Part shown: positions 1 through 8,987 of the stretch, piece by piece
Position numbering within the stretch: position 1 is the stretch's first letter
Layout of the letters: every line of letters starts with the position of its first letter
From: Candidatus Campbellbacteria bacterium
GTDB taxonomy: Bacteria; Patescibacteriota; Minisyncoccia; Phycocordibacterales; EsbW-18
Assembly: GCA_016699465.1 (NCBI GenBank)
Contig: CP064977.1
Location: forward strand, 333,668-397,667
Reading direction: 5' to 3'
DNA: 64,000 nucleotides
Position numbers and translations under genes: made by a program
The notes under the pieces: generated by a model
Told to the model about the DNA's origin: nothing
What the model saw: only the letters and a program-made list of their open reading frames with translations
Database searches by the model: none

Positions 1-535
1 AGCAGTGGTGCAATAATTCATCTCGCGTAACCGTACGACCTTTGTTTCGAAGTAAATATTCCAATACCGCGTACTCTTTTATTGTCAGCGCAATCTTCTT
101 TCCCTTTTGTGTGACAGCTCGTGTCGACGTACTCAGAGCCACATCTTGTGCAGAAAATATTTCACCAACACTCTCCTTAGGTCTTCGGAGAAGCGCTCGA
201 ACGCGTGCAAGGAGCTCCTTCATATCAAACGGCTTCACTACATAATCATCGGCGCCACTATCAAGACCTTCCACACGGTCATCCACCTCTCCTCGGGCCG
301 TCATCATGAGAATAGGTGTGTATATACCATCTTTTCGGAGATCTGCGCACACTGCTATTCCGTTCTTTTTAGGGAGCATGATATCGAGCACGATGAGATC
401 GTACGGCGTCGCGCGCACCGCACGCTCGCCCGCTTCCCCGTCATGTTCACAATCAACAGAATAACTCTCCCTCTCAAGCATCGTGCGAATATGTTGAGCA
501 AGTTTTACATTATCTTCAATAAGCAATACACGCAT
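1..535 (-). CDS. OmpR-family response regulator (receiver + winged-helix), C-terminus cut by window edge
   Basis: Reverse-complement translation from ATG at 535-533 gives MRVLLIEDNVKLAQHIRTMLERESYSVDCEHDGEAGERAVRATPYDLIVLDIMLPKKNGIAVCADLRKDG...ARGEVDDRVEGLDSGADDYVVKPFDMKELLARVRALLRRP..., a typical CheY-like receiver followed by the start of an OmpR wHTH. The ORF is open to position 1 and is absent from the supplied track because it is truncated. Confidence 0.7.
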   Translation of the reverse strand, partial: MRVLLIEDNVKLAQHIRTMLERESYSVDCEHDGEAGERAVRATPYDLIVLDIMLPKKNGIAVCADLRKDGIYTPILMMTARGEVDDRVEGLDSGADDYVVKPFDMKELLARVRALLRRPKESVGEIFSAQDVALSTSTRAVTQKGKKIALTIKEYAVLEYLLRNKGRTVTRDELLHHC

Positions 536-613
536 ATAGACGTATCATACTCCTAGCTATGGAGTGAGCGCTAGTGCGATATTCATCAAACGTTCATAGT
601 AATCATATACACT

Positions 614-1510
614 ATGCACATGACTACAGAATACAACTTTGACAGAAAACTCATGGGAAGCGACTTAGTCGTCGCAATTACAAGTGATTCACAAGAAAAA
701 GCGCAGGCTATTTTCGAGCGCATGAGCACTATTGGGGACGCGTATGAAAAACGCTTTTCACGTTTTCTTAATGAAAGCGAACTATCAAAACTAAACACCG
801 CAAAAACAGCTATCGTGTCTCAAGAATTTCTTGAAGCAACACATATTGCGCAAAAATTATTTACTGAAACCCATGGAGTTTTTAATGCACTCCTACAAGT
901 CAGCACTATTGGCTACACAAAAGATTTCTCTCTCCTCGCGCAGGAAGTACACACGACACAAACAGAAACCTACGATATAGATTTTTCCCACGTACTCATT
1001 GATGACACCCTCTCACGTATTTCGCTCGCACCCACACAAAAACTTGATTTTGGTGGATTCTTAAAAGGACACGTTGCACAAATTATGTCTCGAGAGTGTG
1101 CTGGCGCTACTGGATGCATTGTAAATCTTGGTGGTGACATCTTTACCACAGGAGAAGATGTTGGCGAACGCCCATTCACTTTTAGTGTCTTTAATCCTGT
1201 TACAAACGAACACGTCCTCTCTATGCCTCTACGAGATGCCGCAATCGCAACTAGTGGCACATACAAACGTACGTGGCACACCGACAACGGACACGTGCAC
1301 CATATTCTGGAGACACAGAATAAAAATTCAAAGAGTGATATTATTTCAGCAACTGTCATGAGTACCGAAGGATACCGTGCCGATGCATACGCAACAGCAG
1401 CGCTCGTGCTCGGATCAGACAAAGCAACACAGTTATTAACTCAACAAAAACTTCCGTTTGTTTTTATTACAACAACAGGAGAACTTATCCACAGTTATGG
1501 CCTTGCCTAA
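614..1510 (+). CDS. apbE: ApbE-family FAD:protein FMN transferase (flavin transferase)
   Basis: Contains the motifs LDFGGFLKGH, CIVNLGGDIFTTG and ATSGTYKRTWHTDNGHVHHILE (ApbE DxGGxxKG / NLGGD / SGxYER...HHI pattern). No N-terminal signal peptide is apparent. Confidence 0.8.
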   Translation: MHMTTEYNFDRKLMGSDLVVAITSDSQEKAQAIFERMSTIGDAYEKRFSRFLNESELSKLNTAKTAIVSQEFLEATHIAQKLFTETHGVFNALLQVSTIGYTKDFSLLAQEVHTTQTETYDIDFSHVLIDDTLSRISLAPTQKLDFGGFLKGHVAQIMSRECAGATGCIVNLGGDIFTTGEDVGERPFTFSVFNPVTNEHVLSMPLRDAAIATSGTYKRTWHTDNGHVHHILETQNKNSKSDIISATVMSTEGYRADAYATAALVLGSDKATQLLTQQKLPFVFITTTGELIHSYGLA

Positions 1511-2183
1511 TTCATTCACAAAACTATATCTCGACTTTATTCAGAAATTACAAACACTCACACTGGGTATTTCTATTGCCGTACTACTCACACTACCTAT
1601 TCTATTGAGTTTTTTCCCTAGCCTAGTGCCAAAAACAGCGTGGGGAATGCTATATGCCACTTCTCTCGCGTGCGTCTTCTTTGTCATGGTAATTCGACCA
1701 CTTGCTGATATTTTTTCAAATACACCATGGATACGCGCCCTTGTTATTTTACGCAAAGGTCTCGGGGTCCTCTCTGCGAGTATCATTGTGTCATTTGCGT
1801 TCTCAAAAATTATTCTGACAGGAACAGACTATTTTACCGCAATGTTCACTCCTGCGTACTGGTCGCTCGCCAACTACGGGCTCTTTGCCCACCTTGGTGA
1901 TTGGGCCGCAATTCCACTTCTCATTACCTCAAACAAATTCTCAAAACGTGTTCTCGGTGTATGGTGGAAACGAATTCAAAAACTTGCCTACGTGTACTTT
2001 TACGCTGGGGCACTCTATGAACTTCTCGCACTACAAAGCACCTTTGCATTTGTTGCGCTTATTATAGTAACACTCCTGGTCCTCATTGCGTTTGTAAAAA
2101 ATCAATTCAAAGACAAGCAGCCTACTACTTCAATTCCGCAACCACCACAGCAATCACCACAACCACTAACCCAATCACTATGA
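1497..2183 (+). CDS. Polytopic membrane protein (about 6 TM) that lacks the bis-heme His pairs of ferric-reductase domains; translationally coupled to the downstream FNR-like reductase
   Basis: Hydrophobic helices run through the whole protein and the C-terminus is Q/P-rich. Start chosen at ATG 1497 (MALPNSF), inside the stop region of apbE. The stop TGA overlaps the ATG of the next gene (atga at 2180-2183). Confidence 0.5.
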   Translation: MALPNSFTKLYLDFIQKLQTLTLGISIAVLLTLPILLSFFPSLVPKTAWGMLYATSLACVFFVMVIRPLADIFSNTPWIRALVILRKGLGVLSASIIVSFAFSKIILTGTDYFTAMFTPAYWSLANYGLFAHLGDWAAIPLLITSNKFSKRVLGVWWKRIQKLAYVYFYAGALYELLALQSTFAFVALIIVTLLVLIAFVKNQFKDKQPTTSIPQPPQQSPQPLTQSL

Positions 2184-2884
2184 CCATACAAAAAATGAAA
2201 GCGACGATCACAGGGTGTGCTGATCTCTCAGAGTCCGCACGTGAAATACAACTACACACATCTACACCATTCGCCTTTCAACCAGGGTCGTTTGTAAATG
2301 TATTTTTTTCACTTGATGGTAAAATGATTCGTCGTGCATATTCAATTTCTTCAGATGCCGTCGATGAAAATAATCTCACACTATCCATACGAAAAACCCC
2401 AAATGGCACTGCGGGACGTTTTTTCTGGAAAGATAATCTCGTAGGAACAGAAATAGAGATACAAGGACCACTTGGACTTAATACAGCAGACAAAATGCAT
2501 CACCAACGCGTGTTTTTGTTTGGTTTTGGTATTGGTGTATCGGTTATAAAAGCACTTGCACACCATATTACCAAACGCCCAGATGTGCACGAGGTGGTTA
2601 TCATGACCGGAAACCGTGACAAGCAAGATCTTTTGTATACATCATTTTTTGAAGATCTATCACAACGTTTTCCACATGTCACATACCACTACACCATGTC
2701 ACGTGCACTAGAAACTACACCATTAGAGCATCGTGGATACATTCAAGACCACATTGCACACCTCAATTTTGACAACAGCGATGTCTACATCTGCGGTCAA
2801 GGAGTGGCTTGCACTGCCCTTCTTGAAAAAATCAAAGCAACACATCCAACCGACTGTACCTTTTTTGTTGAAGCATTTCATTAA
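2180..2884 (+). CDS. FNR-like FAD/NAD(P)-binding oxidoreductase domain protein
   Basis: RRAYSISS (RxYS FAD-binding motif), GTEIEIQGPLG and FLFGFGIGVSVIKALAHH (nucleotide-binding Gly-rich segment), in the ferredoxin-NADP reductase-like order. Confidence 0.65.
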   Translation: MTIQKMKATITGCADLSESAREIQLHTSTPFAFQPGSFVNVFFSLDGKMIRRAYSISSDAVDENNLTLSIRKTPNGTAGRFFWKDNLVGTEIEIQGPLGLNTADKMHHQRVFLFGFGIGVSVIKALAHHITKRPDVHEVVIMTGNRDKQDLLYTSFFEDLSQRFPHVTYHYTMSRALETTPLEHRGYIQDHIAHLNFDNSDVYICGQGVACTALLEKIKATHPTDCTFFVEAFH

Positions 2885-3104
2885 CCTTCAAAAGGCGACG
2901 AAACCAAGGTAACCATGTTTTCATCCTAAAACTTTTTTTATGTTTGGGCGCTTTTTGGTCAAGACAGAGTGCTATTTTTTGAACACCTTCTAGACGCAGT
3001 TTCTATTCTGTGTCCGTACGCTTTTTCCACAGATTTTTTGTGCCCATTCATGCCCGCGGACGAGTATAATGCATACACATTTATTATCGTTAATTTTTTA
3101 TCCT

Positions 3105-5435
3105 ATGGCAAAAGCAAAATCAGCTGCGATTACCACCATCATTAAACGAGATGGATCAGAAAAGCCTTTTGATTCAAATAAGATTGCTCTTGCAGTCGAA
3201 AAAGCGATGAAAGCAGCTGGTGAATTCAAGGAGGGGGCTCCTGAATTAATAGCAAAAGCCGTTACCGCAAAAATACTCTCGGAAAAAAAGCGTGATACAA
3301 AATTTATCCCTACCGTTGAAGGAATTCAGGATGCCGTTGAAGCAGAATTGATGATTCACGCATTTGTTGCAACGGCCAAATCATACATTTTGTATCGTGC
3401 AGAACGAACTCGTGTCCGCATTGAACAAGGTGACGTTCCGGAACACGTGCGAGAACTTGCCGCAAAAAGTAAGGAGTACTTCCACAACAATGCACTTGGT
3501 GAATTTGTGTATCTACGAACATACGCACGTTGGATTGAAGCTGAAAACAGGCGCGAAACCTGGATTGAGACAGTTGATAGATACGTATCGTTCATGAAAG
3601 AAAATCTCGGCACCAAACTGACACAAAAAGAATATGCCGAGGTGCGTGAAGCAATACTCAAACAAGAAATCATGCCATCAATGCGACTCATGCAATTTGC
3701 AGGAGAAGCTGCACGTCGATGTAACACTTGTGCATACAACTGCACCTTTACTGCACCAACAAAACTCGAAGATTTTGCAGAAATCATGTACCTCTCCATG
3801 CAAGGATGCGGTGTTGGATTCGCAGTTGAAAGCCAAAACATCGAACAGCTTCCACAAATACAAAAACAAAAAGGAAAGAAACTCCCTGCACACGTTGTCG
3901 CCGACTCAAAAGAAGGATGGTGTGACGCACTTACCTTCGGACTACACACATGGTACGACGGACGCGATGTTGATTTTGACTTCTCTCAAGTTCGCCCAGC
4001 TGGAGCACGTCTGAAAGTGATGGGCGGTAAAGCATCTGGACCAGAACCACTTCGTTCCCTTCTTGCATTTGCTCGAGAAAAAATTCTTAAACGACAAGGA
4101 CGTCGTCTCCGCACCATCGACGCACACGACATCATTTGTAAAATTGGTGAATGTGTTGTATCGGGTGGAGTACGCCGAACAGCCATGATTAGTTTGTCTG
4201 ATCTCGACGATGCTGATTTGCGCGACGCTAAAAAAGGACAATTCTTCCTTACTGACGCATACCGTTCAGTGGCAAACAATTCAGCCGTCTATGAGGCAAA
4301 ACCATCCAACACCGAACTTATGGAGGAATGGGTTGCGCTCATGAAAAGCGGTTCAGGAGAACGTGGAATCTTCAACCGCGGTGCCCTTGCAAACACAATG
4401 CCAAAACGCCGAGTAGCATATTTTGAGAAATTAGGATTCATTACCGACGACGGAGTAACACAAGGACCAATTGGACCAAACCCGTGTGGAGAAATTATTC
4501 TCCAGTCAAAACAATTCTGTAACTTGTCAGAAGTAATTGCTCGCGCTGGAGATACACCTGACGAACTTGTTCGCAAAGCAAAGCTTGCCGCAATTCTCGG
4601 CACCTACCAAGCGTCACTTACCAATTTCAAATACATTTCAAAGGAGTGGACAAAAAATTGTAGAGATGAGGCACTTCTTGGAGTATCGGTAACAGGTCAA
4701 TGGGACTGTGAAGCGGCTCGTGAACCTGCAACGCTTCGCGCAATGCGAGATGCTGCAGTAAAAACAAATGCTGCGTATGCAAAACGCTTTGGTATCAAGC
4801 CATCAATGTCAGTAACCGCAGTTAAACCTTCTGGAACTGTTTCTCAAACGTTTAACTGTTCATCAGGTATTCACCCACGTCACTCAAAATACTACATTCG
4901 CCGTGTACGAATCTCCGCAACCGACTCACTCTTCAAAATGTTGCGCGACCAAGGAGTTCCGTACTACCCAGAAGTTGGTCAGACTATGGAAAATGCAACA
5001 ACATACGTGCTCGAATTTCCTATTGAGTCACCTGAGAGTTCTAAATTCAAGGACGACTTCAGCGCACTCGAACAACTTGAATATTGGAAGAATGTGAAAC
5101 TTAATTACACCGAGCACAACCCATCGGCAACTATTTCTGTTGGAGAAGATGAGTGGATTAGCGTTGTTGATTGGATACAAAAAAACTGGGAGATTATCGG
5201 CGGACTTTCGTTCTTACCACGATTTGATCACGTCTACCAGCTCGCACCATACGAAGAAATAAATAAAAAACGCTACCAAGAACTTGTTGAAGCGTTTCCT
5301 GTTGTCGACTACTCAAAATTGCTTACCTACGAACTCACCGACGGCACAGAACAAAAGAAAGAGCTCGCATGTATTGGTGGTCTCTGTGACATCGATATGC
5401 CAGCACCTGATTCAAAAAAATCAGTTAAAGCATAA
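3105..5435 (+). CDS. nrdJ: Ribonucleotide reductase, adenosylcobalamin-dependent (class II) with N-terminal ATP-cone
   Basis: The N-terminus ITTIIKRDGSEKPFDSNKIALAVEKAM is an ATP-cone. The internal NPCGEI active-site motif is present. There is no glycyl-radical RVCGY motif and no class I C-terminal YY tail. The neighbouring gene is a PduO-type cobalamin adenosyltransferase. Start taken at ATG 3105 (MAKAKS) rather than the upstream in-frame extension. Confidence 0.72.
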   Translation: MAKAKSAAITTIIKRDGSEKPFDSNKIALAVEKAMKAAGEFKEGAPELIAKAVTAKILSEKKRDTKFIPTVEGIQDAVEAELMIHAFVATAKSYILYRAERTRVRIEQGDVPEHVRELAAKSKEYFHNNALGEFVYLRTYARWIEAENRRETWIETVDRYVSFMKENLGTKLTQKEYAEVREAILKQEIMPSMRLMQFAGEAARRCNTCAYNCTFTAPTKLEDFAEIMYLSMQGCGVGFAVESQNIEQLPQIQKQKGKKLPAHVVADSKEGWCDALTFGLHTWYDGRDVDFDFSQVRPAGARLKVMGGKASGPEPLRSLLAFAREKILKRQGRRLRTIDAHDIICKIGECVVSGGVRRTAMISLSDLDDADLRDAKKGQFFLTDAYRSVANNSAVYEAKPSNTELMEEWVALMKSGSGERGIFNRGALANTMPKRRVAYFEKLGFITDDGVTQGPIGPNPCGEIILQSKQFCNLSEVIARAGDTPDELVRKAKLAAILGTYQASLTNFKYISKEWTKNCRDEALLGVSVTGQWDCEAAREPATLRAMRDAAVKTNAAYAKRFGIKPSMSVTAVKPSGTVSQTFNCSSGIHPRHSKYYIRRVRISATDSLFKMLRDQGVPYYPEVGQTMENATTYVLEFPIESPESSKFKDDFSALEQLEYWKNVKLNYTEHNPSATISVGEDEWISVVDWIQKNWEIIGGLSFLPRFDHVYQLAPYEEINKKRYQELVEAFPVVDYSKLLTYELTDGTEQKKELACIGGLCDIDMPAPDSKKSVKA

Positions 5436-5451
5436 GGCAATACACAGCATG

Positions 5452-5482
5452 AAAAAGCCCCTTCAGTACGAAGGGGCTTTTT
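5452..5482. terminator. Bidirectional intrinsic terminator shared by the convergent nrdJ and pduO-like genes
   Basis: aaaaagcccctt-cagtacg-aaggggcttttt is a perfect 12-bp stem with A/T runs on both sides. It overlaps the stop codon of the minus-strand gene. Confidence 0.7.
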
Positions 5483-6005
5483 CATGCACATCTTCATTCC
5501 ATGACGCATATCGTGCAAGTGCGTACAGCACACTGGAAAGACGGTTGAGATACGCGCTTGTGGTATTTGATACCGCTTGTATGTCACGAGCAGAAATAAC
5601 ACGACGTTCCGCTCGACGAGAAACTGCGCGCGCAACATCAAGTAAACCCGAGAGTTCCGTCCCACCCGCGATTAAAAACGTCGTAGGACTCCCTATAATC
5701 GCTTCTATGTCGTTTGATACCTGTTCAAGCCACATCACATGCTCTGGCGTAATTGTTTTATCAACGCCAGCAAGCTCCGCCTGAACAATAAAAAGGTGCT
5801 CTTGTATAGTACGCACAATAGCAGCAATCTGGATGGTTCCCGTTTTTGCGTGGTGAGACGTAGCAAAACAAAGACCTAACAACGAATTAAGCTCATCAAC
5901 TGTTCCAAGCGCCTCAAAAAGAGGACTATCTTTTGCAAGACGATCACGTGTCCCAAATAATCCAGATGTTCCATCGTCCCCTTTTCTCGTAAACAACATA
6001 TACAA
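5463..6005 (-). CDS. ATP:cob(I)alamin adenosyltransferase, PduO-type
   Basis: FTRKGDDGTSGLFGTRDRLAKDSPLFEALGTVDELNSLLG matches the PduO/MMAB N-terminal signature (T(R/K)xGDxGxT...DELN). Confidence 0.8.
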   Translation of the reverse strand: MYMLFTRKGDDGTSGLFGTRDRLAKDSPLFEALGTVDELNSLLGLCFATSHHAKTGTIQIAAIVRTIQEHLFIVQAELAGVDKTITPEHVMWLEQVSNDIEAIIGSPTTFLIAGGTELSGLLDVARAVSRRAERRVISARDIQAVSNTTSAYLNRLSSVLYALARYASWNEDVHEKAPSY

Positions 6006-6023
6006 TGTACTGAGTCGAAAAAT

Positions 6024-6950
6024 TTACATGCGCAAGTATCGACGAACAGCGAGGTAACTTGATACCGCACCAAGCACAATACCCGCAGAAAGTAGTACAA
6101 GAAACATTTCTCCGAAGTTGCTTACGTAATACTCAAATACATTCATTGCACCAAAAAATTCTTTCGTAAACGGGCCAATCCAGTAGGTAAGTGGGTAAAA
6201 AAGAACAAGGACAAGTATGGCAGATACGACGCCGTACATAATACCTTCAACAATAAACGGACCACGAACATACATATTTCCTGCACCAACAAGTCGCATG
6301 ACTGAAATTTCTTCTCGTGCAGTATAAATAGCAAGTCGAATTGTGTTAAATGTGATGATGAGTGAAAGCACGATGAGTACCATACTCAATGCAAATCCGA
6401 GACGTTCTGCTGAATCAATAATGTTCGACAACCTTTCGATAACCGCCTTATTGCTTTTGTAATTAACCTTTTGAACAATAACGTCATTTGCACTTCCAAG
6501 AGCCGCCGGACTTTCTAAAAAAGCCGCAATAGCTTCGTATTGAGATGTTTCCTGTGCTCGAATATTAAATACTGGTCCAAGTGGATTGCTGTCCAACTCT
6601 TGAATAGCGCCGAGAATTGTTTGGTCATCCTTGTGTCGTTCTTGAAAGTTTATAAGTGCTTGTTCACTCGTTGTATAGTCAACACTCTTAACTTCAGGAA
6701 GCGCTTCAAGCGAACTTTTCAATTTGAGAATATCGGCTTCTTGTGTGTCAGGTAAAAAATATACATTCACGTCCACTTTTTCTTTCAGCTGAAGAAGCGA
6801 TGCGTTTAATATTGCTCCGGAAAAAAGAACTGCGCCGAGCGTAAAGAGTGTCACCATCATGATTAACACAGAAGCAAGCGACACAAAACCATTGCGCCAA
6901 AAATTTACAAATCCTGCCTTAAGTATTCTTTTTGTATTTATCCAGAACAT
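6024..6950 (-). CDS. ftsX: Cell-division ABC transporter permease FtsX
   Basis: Four-TM FtsX topology with a large extracytoplasmic loop; sits directly downstream of ftsE. Confidence 0.8.
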   Translation of the reverse strand: MFWINTKRILKAGFVNFWRNGFVSLASVLIMMVTLFTLGAVLFSGAILNASLLQLKEKVDVNVYFLPDTQEADILKLKSSLEALPEVKSVDYTTSEQALINFQERHKDDQTILGAIQELDSNPLGPVFNIRAQETSQYEAIAAFLESPAALGSANDVIVQKVNYKSNKAVIERLSNIIDSAERLGFALSMVLIVLSLIITFNTIRLAIYTAREEISVMRLVGAGNMYVRGPFIVEGIMYGVVSAILVLVLFYPLTYWIGPFTKEFFGAMNVFEYYVSNFGEMFLVLLSAGIVLGAVSSYLAVRRYLRM

Positions 6951-6960
6951 ATTTTAATTG

Positions 6961-7064
6961 TAAATCCTAAATTCGAATATCGAAATCCGAAATGACGATT
7001 GTTTAAATGTTTAAATGTTTGAATTTCTGATTTGTTTCGGATTTTATACTTCGATATTCGGATT
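6961..7064. repeat. Structured intergenic element between ftsE and ftsX: imperfect inverted repeats around a tandem GTTTAAAT repeat
   Basis: cgaatatcgaaatccgaaa (6974-6992) pairs with tttcggatttt...cgatattcg (7035-7060). The loop contains gtttaaatgtttaaatgttt. Confidence 0.4.
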
Positions 7065-7751
7065 TTACAAGACGTATCTTCCCTCTTTATCATCACGCAC
7101 CACACGCCCTTTTTCCATAGTGATCACACGCTTACCCAAGCTATCAATAATCCCCTTGTTGTGTGTCGTCAAAAGAACAGTTGTACCTAAATCATTAATT
7201 TTCTTTAAAATCTGAACAACCTCGTATGAATTGAGCGGATCGAGATTTCCTGTTGGCTCATCGGCAACAAGAACATCTGGTTGATTTACGATGGCTCGAG
7301 CTATAGCAAGACGTTGCTTTTCTCCTCCAGACATCTGATTTGGAAATTTCCATGCCTTATCTATCAATCCAACAAGCTCAAGCGCATAAGGTACGTCACT
7401 TTCAATATCTGCGTCTTCACGTCCTGCGGCTTCCATTGCAAATGCAATATTTTCAAACGCTGTTTTGTATGGAAGAAGACGAAAATCCTGAAAAATCATT
7501 CCGATACGACGTCGTAGCACACTAATATCCCTGCGTGATAATGCGTGAATATTTGTATCTCCCAATGAAACTATTCCCTCTGTAGGATGCTCCTCTGCAA
7601 GAAGTAATTTCAAGAGCGTTGTTTTTCCTGCTCCTGAATGCCCAACAATAGAAACAAATTCGCTTGGCTCTATTGAGAACGTAACACCCTGGAGCGCTTT
7701 GGAATCGTCTGAGTAAATCTTACTAACGTTATCAAATGAAATCATGTGCAT
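7065..7751 (-). CDS. ftsE: Cell-division ATP-binding protein FtsE
   Basis: Walker A GHSGAGKTT, ABC signature LSGGEKQR and Walker B VLVADEPTGNLD. Start set at MHMISFDNVSKIY. Confidence 0.85.
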   Translation of the reverse strand: MHMISFDNVSKIYSDDSKALQGVTFSIEPSEFVSIVGHSGAGKTTLLKLLLAEEHPTEGIVSLGDTNIHALSRRDISVLRRRIGMIFQDFRLLPYKTAFENIAFAMEAAGREDADIESDVPYALELVGLIDKAWKFPNQMSGGEKQRLAIARAIVNQPDVLVADEPTGNLDPLNSYEVVQILKKINDLGTTVLLTTHNKGIIDSLGKRVITMEKGRVVRDDKEGRYVL

Positions 7752-7761
7752 TGTGAATGAA

Positions 7762-8661
7762 TTAAGAAAGTCGAGTGTGTGTTTGTGTCTTCTTCTGAGC
7801 TTCAATAAACTCATCAATATCGCCATCGGCAAGCACGCGTTCCACATCTCGAACCTCTACACCTGTTCGGTGATCTTTGATCATTTTGTAGGGATGCAAT
7901 ACGTACGAACGTATTTGATTTCCCCACTCGGCATCCGTTGTTGCTGAAATCGAAAGTCCACGCGCACGCAACAACTTTTCTTCCTGCTCTTTATGATACA
8001 ACTTTCCACGCAAAATCTCTAGTGCATAAGCACGATTTTGTGCTTGATTACGCTGTGTTGCTACGTGCACTGCAATACCTGTTGGTGTGTGCACAATGCG
8101 CACTGCTGTTTCTCGTTTGTTGACATTTTGTCCACCCGGTCCTCCAGCCCGAGTAAATTGAATATCAAGATCTGTTTCTGGAATTTCTAGTTCATGTTCA
8201 TCTTCAAGACGTGGCAACACCTCAACCATAACAAACGACGTGTGACGTTGTTGTTTTGCATTAAAAGGTGAGATACGGACAAGGCGGTGCACACCTTCTT
8301 CATGCTTAAGTTCACCATATGCCCCTTTTCCCTGCACTTCAAACGTGATATTACGAATACCACCGTGGTCATTTTCGTTTTGGTGCATCACCACATGACC
8401 CCACCCTTTTCGGCCAAGAAACGCTAAATACATTGATGTGAGCATTCGTGCAAAGTCTTCAGCATCAAGACCACCTGCACCAGAAAAAATAGTAACAATG
8501 GCATTTCCGTTGTCGTGTTTTTCTTTTCCTTCAGCTTGAAGTTTAAGATCTTGATACTCTTTCAAAACAGCTTGTGCACTCTCTTTATCGTTCCAAAAAT
8601 CACCCCGTGCCATCATCGCCTCAATTCCCTTAATTTTGTTTTGAATCTCAATTTCATCCAT
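7762..8661 (-). CDS. prfB: Peptide chain release factor 2, encoded without a programmed +1 frameshift
   Basis: SPF tripeptide ([15 protein letters not shown]) and GGQ motif ([19 protein letters not shown]). Start at ATG 8661 (MDEIEIQ). An in-frame TAG lies upstream and there is no CTT-TGA-C shift site. Confidence 0.85.
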   Translation of the reverse strand: MDEIEIQNKIKGIEAMMARGDFWNDKESAQAVLKEYQDLKLQAEGKEKHDNGNAIVTIFSGAGGLDAEDFARMLTSMYLAFLGRKGWGHVVMHQNENDHGGIRNITFEVQGKGAYGELKHEEGVHRLVRISPFNAKQQRHTSFVMVEVLPRLEDEHELEIPETDLDIQFTRAGGPGGQNVNKRETAVRIVHTPTGIAVHVATQRNQAQNRAYALEILRGKLYHKEQEEKLLRARGLSISATTDAEWGNQIRSYVLHPYKMIKDHRTGVEVRDVERVLADGDIDEFIEAQKKTQTHTRLS

Positions 8662-8734
8662 ACCCGACAAGTATACCAGAAAGCCTAGCACCTTTTCCTA
8701 GAGCCTTTTATTGGGTACTATAGGTGAGCTCCCC

Positions 8735-8810
8735 GCCCGGGTAGCTCAGATGGTAGAGCAACTCCATGGTAAGGAGTAGGTCGCCGGTTCAATTCCGGCC
8801 TCGGGCTCCA
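8735..8810 (+). tRNA. tRNA-Thr (anticodon GGT), CCA encoded
   Basis: Manual cloverleaf: acceptor GCCCGGG/CTCGGGC, D-arm GCTC-AGATGGTA-GAGC, anticodon arm ACTCC-ATGGTAA-GGAGT, T-arm GCCGG-TTCAATT-CCGGC. Confidence 0.8.
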
Positions 8811-8822
8811 GTCACCAAAACC

Positions 8823-8895
8823 GCCGAAGTAGCTCAGTTGGTAGAGCACCGCTTTCGTAAAGCGGGGGTCGCCGGTTCAATCCCGGCCTTCGGCT
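8823..8895 (+). tRNA. tRNA-Thr (anticodon CGT)
   Basis: Acceptor GCCGAAG/CTTCGGC, anticodon arm CCGCT-TTCGTAA-AGCGG, T-arm GCCGG-TTCAATC-CCGGC. Confidence 0.8.
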
Positions 8896-8950
8896 CATTA
8901 AAAACACGCCAGTTGGTGGGGATGGGGTGTATGAATACACTCCATCTTTC

Positions 8951-8987
8951 GTTGTAGAGGGGGTCGGTTCAATCCCGGCCTTCGGCT
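8951..8987 (+). pseudogene. Isolated tRNA 3'-half fragment (T-arm plus acceptor 3' strand), nearly identical to the 3' end of the adjacent tRNA-Thr(CGT)
   Basis: agggggtcggttcaatcccggccttcggctca repeats gggggtcgccggttcaatcccggccttcggctca of the tRNA at 8865-8897. No matching 5' acceptor strand was found in the preceding 60 nt. Confidence 0.5.

Noticed and set aside
107-556. Plus-strand ORF of 149 aa
   Set aside because: It lies antisense to a clear OmpR-type response-regulator ORF that is open to the window edge, and it has no recognisable motifs.
1458-1496. Longer start for the membrane protein (track ORF 1458-2183)
   Set aside because: That start would overlap apbE by 50 nt. The ATG at 1497 (MALPNSF) gives the usual short overlap.
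3356-3949. Minus-strand ORF of 197 aa, plus several other antisense ORFs inside nrdJ, apbE, pilB, pilT, ligA and others
   Set aside because: They are embedded antisense in well-supported genes and have low-complexity or Cys/Arg-rich composition. They are typical shadow ORFs.
7762-8760. Possible programmed +1 frameshift in prfB
   Set aside because: There is no CTT-TGA-C site or ORF0. An in-frame TAG lies just upstream of ATG 8661, and the aligned region equivalent to that downstream of the E. coli shift site starts at this ATG.
8898-8987. Intron-containing or permuted tRNA
   Set aside because: No segment in the preceding 60 nt can pair with the acceptor 3' strand cttcggc, so a tRNA fragment is more parsimonious.
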